DNA of 64,000 nucleotides from a virus (Duplodnaviria > Heunggongvirae > Uroviricota > Caudoviricetes): positions 22,579 through 86,578 of IMG/VR virus record IMGVR_UViG_3300048577_000420; one strand, written 5' to 3'. A program made the translations under genes and the position numbers. Under the pieces are notes generated by a model that had not been told where the DNA came from, searched no databases, and saw only the letters and a program-made list of their open reading frames with translations. Positions 17,204-26,887 of the stretch are shown piece by piece (within the stretch, counting starts at the first letter, position 1; each line of letters opens with the position of its first letter).

Positions 17204-18816
17204 CCGCCCTTGCACGCCTGACCGAGGAAGAGGCCTACCTCGCCGCGATCCTCATGGACCCGACCGGTGTCGACATCGCCGAGTTCCTCTGGGAGGACAC
17301 GGAGGCATCGCCCGACGGCTGCTACCGCCTCTGGCCCTTCCAGTGGCCCTGGTCGCACTCCGGCGAGCAGTACGAGATCGACGCGATGGCCCGCCAGCTG
17401 GGCAAGTCGTTCTCCGTCGTCTGGAAGGCGATGGGCTTCGTCTTCCAGCAGCCCGGCCAGGAGATGCTCGTCACGGCGCCCGAGCTCAACCACCTGGAAC
17501 TGCTCACCTCGAAGATCGAGGACGCCTTCAACCGCTACCGCCTGCTCGACGAGATGCGACCGCGCACCGCCGCGCGCGGCATCAAGAAGCAGCCGCACTG
17601 GACCATGAAGTGCCAGAACGGCGCCACCATCATGACCCGCCTGCCGAACCGGGACGGCCGCGGCGTCAAGGGCACCCACCCGGTCGTGATCGAGCTCGAC
17701 GAGGTCCAGGACTACCCCACCGCCGGCTACACCGAGCTCATCGAGACGATCAAGACCACGGCCGCCGGCATGACCTGGCGCGTGCACGGGGTCTCGAAGG
17801 GCGTCGGCCGCGACCTCCACTACACGCTCACGCAGGGCAAGAACGAGGGCCACCGCTTCTACGTCCACCACTACATCGCCGCCCACCGGCCGGGCTGGAC
17901 CGACGAGGAGCGGCAGACCAAGATCGCGCAGTACGGCGGCGACGAGTCGCACCCGGACTACCAGCGCAACGTCCTCGGCCTGCCCAGCGACGCCGGCTCG
18001 ACCCTCTTCGTCACCGCTCGCCTCCTCGCGTGCGTGCGCATCCGCGAGAGCGAGTGGGCCATCGAGTACAACGACGACGTCTACGCGCGCATCAAGGTCA
18101 ACGACGCCCTCGTCGAGCGCGTCGGCGCGATCGAGTCGCTCATCGACCTGCCGATCTGCCACCTGCGCGAGGAGTACCGGACCTACTGGGCTGGCGCCGA
18201 CATCGGCTTCACGAACGACCCCACCGAGATCCTCGTCTTCGGGTCGCTCAAGGACGGCACGGACCGCCTCCTCGCGCGCATCCGACTGGAGCGCATCTCC
18301 GCGCAGGACCAGGTCCGGGTCATCAAGCACGTCTTCGAGTTCTACGGTCTGCGGCTGCAGCGCTTCGGGATGGACCGGACCGGCAACGGCCTGCCGCTGA
18401 TGCAGTTCCTCAAGGACGACCGCGCGATCGCCGAGCGCATCGTCGGCTACAACTTCGCCGAGAAGCGCCCCGTGGAGTTCCAGGATCGCGAGCCGCGCCA
18501 GGGCGAGAAGCCCGAGGACATGGTCATCGTGCGGAACGTCAAGGACTACGCCACCGACGAGCTCCGCAAGATGGTCGACGCGAAGAAGCTGGAGCTGCCG
18601 TTCGACGACGAGCTGCTCAAGGAGTGGCAGGGCCAGACCGCCTACATCGTCAGGACCTCGAAGGACGACGACGGGGTCAAGCGCTCCTACGGCGGCGGCG
18701 CCTGCCACACCCTGGACGGCGCTCGGATGTACGCCGCGGCCAAGACACTGATGGCCATCGAGAAGCTGCTGGAGAAGCCCGCGAAGGCCGCACCGGTGCT
18801 CGATCGCTTCTTCTAG
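17200..18816 (+). CDS. terL: Terminase large subunit
   Basis: ATPase and nuclease hallmarks (VVIELDEVQD Walker B-like region). Size and position are typical of TerL. Confidence 0.8.
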   Translation: MTALARLTEEEAYLAAILMDPTGVDIAEFLWEDTEASPDGCYRLWPFQWPWSHSGEQYEIDAMARQLGKSFSVVWKAMGFVFQQPGQEMLVTAPELNHLELLTSKIEDAFNRYRLLDEMRPRTAARGIKKQPHWTMKCQNGATIMTRLPNRDGRGVKGTHPVVIELDEVQDYPTAGYTELIETIKTTAAGMTWRVHGVSKGVGRDLHYTLTQGKNEGHRFYVHHYIAAHRPGWTDEERQTKIAQYGGDESHPDYQRNVLGLPSDAGSTLFVTARLLACVRIRESEWAIEYNDDVYARIKVNDALVERVGAIESLIDLPICHLREEYRTYWAGADIGFTNDPTEILVFGSLKDGTDRLLARIRLERISAQDQVRVIKHVFEFYGLRLQRFGMDRTGNGLPLMQFLKDDRAIAERIVGYNFAEKRPVEFQDREPRQGEKPEDMVIVRNVKDYATDELRKMVDAKKLELPFDDELLKEWQGQTAYIVRTSKDDDGVKRSYGGGACHTLDGARMYAAAKTLMAIEKLLEKPAKAAPVLDRFF

Positions 18817-18855
18817 GCGTTCGTTCGGCTTCGTCTCGGTTCGATTGACGAGTAC

Positions 18856-19317
18856 GTGCCGACCGCCACCGTCCAGCCCGGATCCCCGTTCCGCTCGCCC
18901 GCGCCCGCCGTCCCGGCCGCCCAGACCGCCTGCGGCTCGTGCGGCGCCGTCTTCACGATGGGCCAGGCGCACATCTGCGCGCCCCGGATGACCAACGCCG
19001 GCATGGCCGCCATGCGCCAGGGCCTCGGGACCCGCGAGGAGATCCAGGGCGAGCTCGACGAGATCGCCGCCGCGATGCGGGGCTTCTACCTCAAGGCGCC
19101 GGACCAGGTGCTCCGTGAGTGCTCCGCCTACTCGGCGCGGCTGACCGAGCTCTACGTCCTCCTGCACCGCGCCGAGGGCCTGGACCGGCAGTACACCCGC
19201 CTCCGCACCCAGCAGGTCCAGGTCTTCCTGGACGAGATGCGCGAGCAGTGGAAGACCGCGAGCCGGCTCATCGAGGTCCAGCGACAGGACCTCCTGCTCC
19301 TGGGGGGTCAGGCGTGA
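18856..19317 (+). CDS. Hypothetical protein
   Basis: ORF track. Coupled to the portal gene (GTGA). Confidence 0.5.
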   Translation: MPTATVQPGSPFRSPAPAVPAAQTACGSCGAVFTMGQAHICAPRMTNAGMAAMRQGLGTREEIQGELDEIAAAMRGFYLKAPDQVLRECSAYSARLTELYVLLHRAEGLDRQYTRLRTQQVQVFLDEMREQWKTASRLIEVQRQDLLLLGGQA

Positions 19318-21020
19318 CGAGCATCGACACCGGCTGGGTCGGCGCCAGCGCCGTCAACCTCACCGACCTGCCCGACGAGGTCATCCTCCCGAGCGTCCGC
19401 GAGACCGCCCAGTACCTCCAGAACTGGGTGCGCGAGACCCGCGCCCAGAAGGCGAAGCCCGGGTCGCTCTTCGACCGCACCAAGTTCACGGCACCCAAGG
19501 GGCCGTACGAGGAGATGGAGGTCGCCCGGACGGCGGTCCGCGACGACGACGTGGTCTCGGCGGCCGCGGACGTCACCGAGGGCCTGATCCTCCAGGGCAC
19601 GGCGTGGGGCTCGTCGAGCGAGAAGGCCGCCGACGTCATGAACCAGGTCTCCGCCGGGCTGGACCTCGACGGGTACCTCCGCGCCGCGTACCGCGAGCAG
19701 TTCACGTACTCGCAGGTCGTGTCCGCCGTCTGGTGGGGCAGGCGCGACTTCGTCCCGCGCGTCCGGACGACCTCCGACACTCCGAACGCGGACGGCTCGA
19801 AGCGCACCTACCCGCAGCGGAAGGCCATCACCCTCAACGTGCCCACCCGCATCGTCACGCTGGACCCCCGCAAGGTCGTGCCGATCGGGGACACGATCTT
19901 CGGCGAGCAGCGCCTGGCGTGGCACGCGACGGCCGGCATGATGTCCGCCTGGACCGCGATGGAGGATCACCCCATCGCGAGCTACGACGCGACGATGGCC
20001 GCCCTCTTCCTGGGGCCGTACACGCCGTCCGACGACGAGGCCATGCGCCTGTCGGAGTGGGGCGTCGACCCCAAGCGCCTCATCGAGTTCCGGCCGGGCG
20101 CCGTGTGGCGGCACACCCGCACGAAGCCCGACTACGAGCCCTTCCCCGACCTGCGGATGCGCTCGGTCTTCCGCCTGCTCGACCTCAAGCAGCAGCTCCT
20201 GGAGTCCGACCGCGTCATGCTCGTCGGCGCCGCCAACTACATCCTCCTGGTGAAGAAGGGCTCCGACGCCCAGCCGGCGTCCCAGCCCGAGGTGGACAAC
20301 CTCAAGGAGGGCTTCCAGGTCATCGCCAAGCTCCCGGTGATCGTCTCGGACCACCGGCTGAGCATCGAGATCATCTCGCCGAAGCTCGACGCCACCCTCA
20401 TCGCGGACAAGTACGACCTGCTCGACTCGCGCATCCTCGCGCGGCTCTTCGGCGCGCCGACCGTCAACAGCGGCGCCCGCGGCGACCAGACGGCCGGCAC
20501 GACGACCCGCATGATGCAGCGCCACCTGGAGACCCAGCGGCACATGCTCCGGCGCACCGTCGAGGAGCGGATCCGCGACGCGATCTGGGAGCACCCGGGG
20601 AACGCCGAGGCCCTGCGCCAGTTCAAGCCGGACGAGAAGCCGAGCCTCTTCTTCACGCCGCGCAACGTCCAGCTAGACAACGACAGCCAGGTCATCGCCT
20701 CGATCATGGCCGCCCGGCAGAGCCGCGACCTCTCGCGCGAGTCGTTCCTGGAGACGCTCGGCTTCGACCAGGACGTCGAGGCGCAGCGGATGAAGCGCGA
20801 GGCCGACCTCTACGACGACATCTTCCAGACCCAGGTGCCTTTCAGCGCTGACGGTGGCGATGGGAACCAGGGGGCGGGCGACAAGCCGAGCGAGCCGAGT
20901 CAGGTCTCGGGGGCCCGCGGCGGCCGGCCGGCAGGGGGCGGCCAGTCGCCGCAGTCGGCCAAGGGCCAGGTGAAGCGCCGCACCGCGAGCGGGGCGCCAT
21001 CGACGGGAGGTGCGAAGTGA
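19314..21020 (+). CDS. Portal protein
   Basis: 568 aa, follows TerL, acidic/Gly-rich C-terminus. GTG start at 19314. Confidence 0.7.
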   Translation: MTSIDTGWVGASAVNLTDLPDEVILPSVRETAQYLQNWVRETRAQKAKPGSLFDRTKFTAPKGPYEEMEVARTAVRDDDVVSAAADVTEGLILQGTAWGSSSEKAADVMNQVSAGLDLDGYLRAAYREQFTYSQVVSAVWWGRRDFVPRVRTTSDTPNADGSKRTYPQRKAITLNVPTRIVTLDPRKVVPIGDTIFGEQRLAWHATAGMMSAWTAMEDHPIASYDATMAALFLGPYTPSDDEAMRLSEWGVDPKRLIEFRPGAVWRHTRTKPDYEPFPDLRMRSVFRLLDLKQQLLESDRVMLVGAANYILLVKKGSDAQPASQPEVDNLKEGFQVIAKLPVIVSDHRLSIEIISPKLDATLIADKYDLLDSRILARLFGAPTVNSGARGDQTAGTTTRMMQRHLETQRHMLRRTVEERIRDAIWEHPGNAEALRQFKPDEKPSLFFTPRNVQLDNDSQVIASIMAARQSRDLSRESFLETLGFDQDVEAQRMKREADLYDDIFQTQVPFSADGGDGNQGAGDKPSEPSQVSGARGGRPAGGGQSPQSAKGQVKRRTASGAPSTGGAK

Positions 21021-21838
21021 CCACGGCCGAGATCAGGGACCGCCTGAACCCGCGGCTCCCCGGGCGCCGGATCCTCCGCGCGGTTCCTGCGCCCGCAGGT
21101 TCCGTCACGAGCGCGCCGGCCTTCGTCGTCGAGGACCCGGACTCGAACCGGGTCGTGCTCGCCCAGCCGATCGAGACCGCCGCCTTCACGGCTGACGACT
21201 TCCTGCTCAAGTTCCGCGGCCGCCTCGTGCGCGCCGAGCAGGCGAACCGCAACGGCGCCTTCTGGTCCTCGAAGGACCTGGAGTTCGGCCTGCCGTCGGT
21301 CGCTCACGGCCCGCTCAACTGGGGTCACGACGTCGCGACGATCGTCGGCACCCTCGTCGACCCGAAGCTCGTGAAGGCCGAGCACGCCGCGGCGGGCGCG
21401 GGCACGCACATCCAGACCGGCGCCGTCATGTGGGCCTACCTCTACCCGGAGCGCGCGCGCGTCCTGCGCCAGCACATCGACTCCGGCACCGCGTGGCTCT
21501 CGATGGAGTGCGTCTCGAACGAGGTCGCGTGCGTGGGCCCGAACGGGTGCGGCGCCGTCATGCCCTACGCGGACGCGCAGATGCGCACTGGAAAGGCGTG
21601 CCAGCACATCAAGGAGCGCGCCTCGCACCGACGCTTCGTGAACCCGATCTTCCAGGGCGCCGGCGTCATCGTGCCGCCCCAGGCGCCCGGCTGGGCGGAC
21701 GCGCACATCACCGGCGTCGCCGAGGCGGAGGGGCTGGCCGAGGCCGCCTCCCTGCAGGTGCCCGGGCTGAGCGACGCGGACGTCGTCGGGATGGTGGCTT
21801 CGATCCTGGAGTGGTCGAAGAACAAGGCCGCGAGCTGA
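21017..21838 (+). CDS. Hypothetical protein, possibly a head maturation protease (by position)
   Basis: Follows the portal and is coupled to it (GTGA). No clear catalytic triad could be assigned by eye. Confidence 0.45.
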   Translation: MTTAEIRDRLNPRLPGRRILRAVPAPAGSVTSAPAFVVEDPDSNRVVLAQPIETAAFTADDFLLKFRGRLVRAEQANRNGAFWSSKDLEFGLPSVAHGPLNWGHDVATIVGTLVDPKLVKAEHAAAGAGTHIQTGAVMWAYLYPERARVLRQHIDSGTAWLSMECVSNEVACVGPNGCGAVMPYADAQMRTGKACQHIKERASHRRFVNPIFQGAGVIVPPQAPGWADAHITGVAEAEGLAEAASLQVPGLSDADVVGMVASILEWSKNKAAS

Positions 21839-21881
21839 CCACAAGCCAGCCCGCGGCTCGCTTCGAGGAAAGGGGCCGCTC

Positions 21882-22127
21882 GTGACCCTCCGGAACCGCA
21901 TCGACGACGAGCGCAGCAAGGGGGGCGGCTGCCTCCTCGCGCAGAGCAGGGCGCGCCTCCCGGAGGACGAGCGCACCGCCTTCGACGAGCTCATCGGCGC
22001 GAAGGTCGGGGGCGAGTACGAGTTCTCGGCCCGCCGCGCCGTCGCCATCCTGGCGGAGTCGGGAGTCAAGGTCGGCACCACGCTGGTCCTCACCCACCGC
22101 CGCGGCGAGTGCAGGTGCTCGCGATGA
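21882..22127 (+). CDS. Small hypothetical protein
   Basis: ORF track. ATGA coupling to the next gene. Confidence 0.4.
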   Translation: MTLRNRIDDERSKGGGCLLAQSRARLPEDERTAFDELIGAKVGGEYEFSARRAVAILAESGVKVGTTLVLTHRRGECRCSR

Positions 22128-23311
22128 GCCTCAAGGAGAGCATCGCGCAGGAGCGCGCGTCCCGGACGCCCGGCGAGATCGTCAGCAAGGTCGCCGACCT
22201 GCTGGAGCGCTCCGGCATCGACATCGAGGACGTCGGCCGCATCCACAAGGTCGAGCTCGGCGAGTACCAGGCCATCACCAAGGACGACAAGGGCGTGGCC
22301 CACACCCACGACCTGGAGCGCGCCTCGCTCGTGCTCACGCCGAAGTGGGCGGACGGCCCGGCATGGCCCGTCGTCCAGCCCGCGCCGCAGGCGGTCATCC
22401 GCGGCCGGAAGCCTCCCCGCCGCTCCCCCGCGCTCATCCGCAAGTGGGGCACCGGCATCCTCCTGCCGGACCCCCAGATCGGCTTCCGGCTCATCGACGA
22501 GGTGCTCGACCCGTTCCACGACGACGGCGCGATGGACGTCGCGCTCCAGGTCGCCGCAGCCCACGAGCACGAATGCGGCGTCGACAAGATGATCAACCTG
22601 GGCGACTACCTCGACCTCGCGACCATGTCGCGGTTCATCCAGGAGGCCGCGTTCGCCCAGACGATGCAGCCGGCCGTCGACCGCGGCTACCGCTTCATGG
22701 CCGAGCAGCGCGCGACGGCGCCGAACGCCGACCTCGTCCTGATCGAGGGCAACCACGACCGGCGCCTGCAGAACTTCATCACGACCAACGCGCTCGCGGC
22801 GTTCGGCCTCAAGCAGGCGCAGCGCCCCAAGAGCTGGCCCGTCCTCTCGCTGCCTCACCTGCTGCGCCTCGACGAGATGGACGTCACGTACATCGATGCC
22901 TGGCCCGCCGGCGAGTACTGGGTCAACCAGAACCTCCGGTGCATCCACGGCAACAAGGTCCGCTCGTCCGGGTCGACAGCCAACGCGGTCGTCAAGGACA
23001 ACCCGGCGATCTCCACGGTCATGGGCCACATCCACCGGATCGAGACGCACTACAAGACGATCGGCACCCGCAACGGGCCGCTCCGGACCGCCGCGATCTC
23101 CCCCGGGTGCCTGTGCCGCGTGGACGGGGCGGTCCCGAGCGTCAACGGCTCGACCGGTCTCGACGGGCAGCCGGCGGTCCACTGGGAGGACTGGCAGCAG
23201 GGCGTCGGGGTCGTCAAGTACACCGACGACCGCTTCTTCGTGACCGTCCACCAGATCGTCGACGGGGCCACCGTCGTGGGCGGGCAGGAGTTCAAGGCCT
23301 TCGCCGCCTAG
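22124..23311 (+). CDS. Calcineurin-like metallophosphoesterase
   Basis: Motifs GDYLD, LVLIEGNHD and GHIHR. Confidence 0.65.
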   Translation: MSLKESIAQERASRTPGEIVSKVADLLERSGIDIEDVGRIHKVELGEYQAITKDDKGVAHTHDLERASLVLTPKWADGPAWPVVQPAPQAVIRGRKPPRRSPALIRKWGTGILLPDPQIGFRLIDEVLDPFHDDGAMDVALQVAAAHEHECGVDKMINLGDYLDLATMSRFIQEAAFAQTMQPAVDRGYRFMAEQRATAPNADLVLIEGNHDRRLQNFITTNALAAFGLKQAQRPKSWPVLSLPHLLRLDEMDVTYIDAWPAGEYWVNQNLRCIHGNKVRSSGSTANAVVKDNPAISTVMGHIHRIETHYKTIGTRNGPLRTAAISPGCLCRVDGAVPSVNGSTGLDGQPAVHWEDWQQGVGVVKYTDDRFFVTVHQIVDGATVVGGQEFKAFAA

Positions 23312-23317
23312 CCACCC

Positions 23318-23366
23318 CCGAGGGGCGTTCTCCAGGTCTCTGACCTGCGAGGACGCCCCTCTTGCT
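23318..23366 (+). terminator. Hairpin GAGGGGCGT-loop-ACGCCCCTC followed by TTGCTGTCTCT
   Basis: Read directly from the sequence. Confidence 0.5.
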
Positions 23367-23378
23367 GTCTCTGGGGCA

Positions 23379-23396
23379 TTCCTGCGGGCGCACGAT
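23379..23396. promoter_or_regulatory. IR motif copy TTCCTGC-GGGC-GCACGAT followed by TCGGCGT, upstream of the scaffold/capsid operon
   Basis: Read directly from the sequence. Confidence 0.5.
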
Positions 23397-23482
23397 TCGG
23401 CGTTCCTCCGCAAGCCCGTCGAGTACCTCCCGCGAGGCCCGCGCAAGCCAGGCCTGACTTCGAGCGAGGAGGAGGACGGCTC

Positions 23483-24061
23483 ATGGCACGTGAGCTCGCA
23501 CTTCCGCGGGAGACCGCGGAGGACGCAACCGTCCCGCGTGAGGTGGCAGCCGAGGAGCGCACCTTCACGGAGGGCGAGACCTACGCACTGGTGGCGGACA
23601 ACGTCGCCCGTGAGACGGCGTCGCTGCAGGCGGAGAAGGCCGGCCTGGAGACCCAGGTCGCCACGCTGACCGCGGAGAAGGCCGAGCTGCAGAACCGGCT
23701 CGACACCGAGACCGCCCGGGCGGAGAAGGCCGAGCAGGACTTCGAGGCGTACAAGGCGGACGAGGTCCGCAAGGCCGAGCTCGCCGAGCTGGCCGGGACG
23801 CGCACGAAGGCGGTGCGCGAGGTGGCCAAGCACCTGAAGGACGACTTCTTCACGCCCGAGCGCGCCGAGCGCTGGGCCGCGATGGACCAGGCGGACTTCG
23901 ACACCTACCTCGCCGAGATGGCCGCCGCCTCCGCCGGCGCCGGCGAGCCCAAGCCGGGTGCGGAGACCGCCGCGCTCGACAGCACCGCGATGTCCGGCGA
24001 GCAGCCCGCTGCTCCCAAGGGCGGCGCGGCGTTCTTCGACTTCCTCGGAAGGGGGAACTGA
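23483..24061 (+). CDS. Scaffolding-like coiled-coil protein
   Basis: Long Ala/Glu-rich coiled coil (LQAEKAGLETQVATLTAEKAELQNRLDTE), immediately upstream of the capsid gene. Confidence 0.55.
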   Translation: MARELALPRETAEDATVPREVAAEERTFTEGETYALVADNVARETASLQAEKAGLETQVATLTAEKAELQNRLDTETARAEKAEQDFEAYKADEVRKAELAELAGTRTKAVREVAKHLKDDFFTPERAERWAAMDQADFDTYLAEMAAASAGAGEPKPGAETAALDSTAMSGEQPAAPKGGAAFFDFLGRGN

Positions 24062-24062
24062 C

Positions 24063-24581
24063 GTGTCCGACTACGGCAAGAACTTCGGCTTCCGGCGCTC
24101 GGAGCCGGCGGTTCGGGAGGGCCGGCTCAAGGTCCCCGCGAGCGGCACCTACCTGCAGGGCGAGCTGGTCACCTACAACCCGGCCAAGCCCGGCGAGCTC
24201 ACGCACGCCGCGGCCGGCGCCGCGGTCCAGGCCGGCTTCACCGGCCTCCTGATCCAGGAGGAGGGCTGGGACGTCTCGGCGTTCGGCCCGCCCGTCGTGG
24301 ACAGCAACTCCAAGGGCAAGGCGCTCAACGCCAAGCCCGGCGTCATCACGACCGGCGCCGGCCTGAAGGTCTGGCTGCGCAACACGGCCACGGACACGCA
24401 CTTCGACGGCCGGGTCATCCCCGCCGTCACGCGCGTGGACCTCACCGGCGTGACGGCCATCGGCGACGAGCTCCAGTGGGACGGCGCCAAGTACGTGAAG
24501 AAGAGCACCGGCGCCGCCGTGCTCAAGGTCACCGCGATCGACGTGGCCGGCGGCTACGTCGAGGCGGTCCTGGTCGGCTGA
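24063..24581 (+). CDS. Hypothetical head protein
   Basis: GTG start 2 nt after the upstream stop. Confidence 0.5.
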   Translation: MSDYGKNFGFRRSEPAVREGRLKVPASGTYLQGELVTYNPAKPGELTHAAAGAAVQAGFTGLLIQEEGWDVSAFGPPVVDSNSKGKALNAKPGVITTGAGLKVWLRNTATDTHFDGRVIPAVTRVDLTGVTAIGDELQWDGAKYVKKSTGAAVLKVTAIDVAGGYVEAVLVG

Positions 24582-24598
24582 CGAGAGAGGAGATGACG

Positions 24599-25567
24599 AT
24601 GCGCAAGACCAACGTGCTCTCCCAGCTCATGGCGAGCGCCCCGCGGCGCGAGTTCGCCTCGGTCGAGCAGGAGCGGGCCTACAAGACGGCCGCCGACGCG
24701 CTGAACGCCGACGCCCAGGCCAGGTGGGGCGACCCGACGTGGCACCGCGAGCAGGCCGCCCTGATCGCGGAGCGCCTGGAGTGGGGCTTCCAGAACGACA
24801 ACATCCTCGGGTCGTACTTCCCGACGCAGTCGGTCGGGCAGTTCGACAAGGTGGTGCTGGAGGAGCTCCGCGGCCTCAAGGTCTTCTGGACCGCCCGCAA
24901 CGGCCAGATCGACGAGAGCCAGATGTCGACCGACCGCTTCGAGCTGCCGCGCGAGACGCTCGGCTGGCACGTCTCGGAGTTCGAGGACAACTGGCAGGCC
25001 GACTACGCCGCGACGGTCGAGAAGCTGGTGGCGTACGCCCGCCTGCGCGAGACCGCCGAGGTCAACCGCCGCATCTTCTCGGTGCTGCAGGAGGCCATCC
25101 CGTCGTCCTCGCCGTACTTCGAGGACGCGAGCTCGGCCGGCCTCAAGCCGGAGGTGCTCAACCCGCTCCTCTCGGAGGTCGCGGACATCGCCCCGCCGAG
25201 CAACGGCTCCCTGTCGATGCCCCTGGCGATCGTCGGCCGTGCGGCCGCGATCGACCAGATCTCGGACTTCACCAACTTCGCCCCCGAGGCGCAGGAGGAG
25301 ATCCGCAAGAAGGGTCGGCTGGGCGTCTACCGCGGCGCGAACATCGTCCGGATCACCAACTGGACGGACGAGGACGGCAAGCCGTACATCCCCGAGGACG
25401 AGGTCTTCGTGATGGGCGGCGACCTGGGTCGGTTCGTGAGCTACGGCGACGCGAAGTTCCGGACGTGGTCCGAGGACGCGACCGACCACTTCCACGCCCG
25501 CTCGCGGCGCGACATCGGCCTCGCGATCTACCGGCCGCAGTTCGCGCGCCGCATCAAGGTCGCCTGA
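24599..25567 (+). CDS. Putative major capsid protein
   Basis: About 322 aa. Follows the scaffold gene. Strong AGGAG RBS. A terminator follows the gene. Confidence 0.6.
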   Translation: MRKTNVLSQLMASAPRREFASVEQERAYKTAADALNADAQARWGDPTWHREQAALIAERLEWGFQNDNILGSYFPTQSVGQFDKVVLEELRGLKVFWTARNGQIDESQMSTDRFELPRETLGWHVSEFEDNWQADYAATVEKLVAYARLRETAEVNRRIFSVLQEAIPSSSPYFEDASSAGLKPEVLNPLLSEVADIAPPSNGSLSMPLAIVGRAAAIDQISDFTNFAPEAQEEIRKKGRLGVYRGANIVRITNWTDEDGKPYIPEDEVFVMGGDLGRFVSYGDAKFRTWSEDATDHFHARSRRDIGLAIYRPQFARRIKVA

Positions 25568-25587
25568 CCGAGCACGGCAAGGCGGAA

Positions 25588-25628
25588 GGCCCCTGGGGAC
25601 ATACCCGGGGGCCTTCCCCTTTCTGCGG
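25588..25628 (+). terminator. Hairpin GGAAGGCCCC-loop-GGGGCCTTCC followed by CCTTTCT
   Basis: 10-bp perfect stem read directly from the sequence. Confidence 0.6.
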
Positions 25629-25637
25629 TAGCAGGAA
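25620..25637. promoter_or_regulatory. IR motif copy TTTCTGC-GGTA-GCAGGAA followed by TCGGCGCGT
   Basis: Read directly from the sequence. Confidence 0.6.
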
Positions 25638-25661
25638 TCGGCGCGTCCCGGCGGTCGAGGG

Positions 25662-25675
25662 GAACACGTGTTCGA
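25662..25675. promoter_or_regulatory. LexA/Cheo-like box GAAC-ACGT-GTTCGA
   Basis: Read directly from the sequence. Confidence 0.5.
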
Positions 25676-25708
25676 TGGACACGTGGCCACCCACTCCGGA
25701 GGAGACAG

Positions 25709-26197
25709 ATGAGCGAGACCCCGCAGTACGAGACCTGGGAGAAGACCACCGCCGGCGGCGTGTGGATCCAGAACGTCGACCCCGTGCGGAACACCGAGAC
25801 CCCGAAGCGCGTCCGCGGCAAGTCCGGCTACCGGTTCCGCATCCCCACCCGCGACCGCGAGGCCACGAGCGCGCGCTTCTACGAGGCCGAGCGCGACCCG
25901 TTCCGCAACGGCACGCTCGTGCGCGTCGACATGGACCCCGAGGCCGTCATCGAGGCGATCCCCGGCTACGACGCCGACCAGGCCCTCACCGACGAGGCGC
26001 TGGTCGCGATCTTCGCCAAGAACGGCAACGCCTTCCAGTCGGCGGTCAAGAAGCTCAACGAGCGCAACTGCCGGCGGCTCGCCGACCTCGCGGCGGCCAA
26101 CCCGGAGACCGTGCGGGCCGCCCAGGTGACCTTCCTGAGCTCGTACATCGTCGAGAACTACCGCGTCGGCGGCGCCCCCACGGACCCCGACGACTGA
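25709..26197 (+). CDS. Hypothetical protein
   Basis: ORF track. RBS GGAGGAGA. Confidence 0.55.
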   Translation: MSETPQYETWEKTTAGGVWIQNVDPVRNTETPKRVRGKSGYRFRIPTRDREATSARFYEAERDPFRNGTLVRVDMDPEAVIEAIPGYDADQALTDEALVAIFAKNGNAFQSAVKKLNERNCRRLADLAAANPETVRAAQVTFLSSYIVENYRVGGAPTDPDD

Positions 26198-26204
26198 CCC
26201 TGGC

Positions 26205-26365
26205 GTTCACGTCGGTGGCGGGCGCTTGGCTCCCTGGTCGCGCCCGCCACAACGAAGGCCGGAGAGCCGGCTGATTACCGGCTGAGACCCGACCTGCGCC
26301 CTCCCTGCAGAGCCCCCGCCGCCCCTCGCTACCGGGCCGCGGGGGCTCTGCGCTGTCCGCTGTCG
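26205..26365 (+). terminator. Two strong hairpins: GTGGCGGGCGC/GCGCCCGCCAC and GCAGAGCCCCCGC/GCGGGGGCTCTGC
   Basis: Read directly from the sequence. Neither has a clear T tract. Confidence 0.4.
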
Positions 26366-26377
26366 AGTGATGGGGCC

Positions 26378-26887
26378 ATGACCGACCTCGCAGACCTCCG
26401 GGATGCCTACAAGCGCGAGGTGTCCCTCCCGGGAGCCTTCGCCGCCGACTTCCCCACGATCAGCGACACCCAGATCGCGGCCGCGCTCGGGGACGCCTTC
26501 GGCGAGGCCCAGATCGACGGCTTCTTCTCCACGATGGCCCTGGACACCGACGACTGGAGCATCACCCCGGACCTCAGCACCGCCGGCGCCGCCCTCGTGG
26601 TGATGTACGCCGGGATGCGGGTGCTGCGCCAGGAGATCAAGCGACTGGCCGCCTCAGCGGAGTACAAGGCCGGCCCCGTGCAGTACAAGACCGGCGCCTC
26701 GCCGCAGGTCCTGACCGAGCTCCTCAAGCAGCTGGACGCGCGGCGCAAGGAGATCATCAAGAGCGCGCAGCGCGGCGTCGGGACCTCGACCTTCATGATC
26801 GAGGGCTACGCCTCGCGCGCCGCGTCGAGCAACTTCTACGGCGGCCTGTTCCCGTACGAGGTCGCTCTCCCCCGCTGGAGCGTGTGA
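26378..26887 (+). CDS. Hypothetical head-tail connector-like protein
   Basis: ORF track, assigned by position. Confidence 0.5.
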   Translation: MTDLADLRDAYKREVSLPGAFAADFPTISDTQIAAALGDAFGEAQIDGFFSTMALDTDDWSITPDLSTAGAALVVMYAGMRVLRQEIKRLAASAEYKAGPVQYKTGASPQVLTELLKQLDARRKEIIKSAQRGVGTSTFMIEGYASRAASSNFYGGLFPYEVALPRWSV

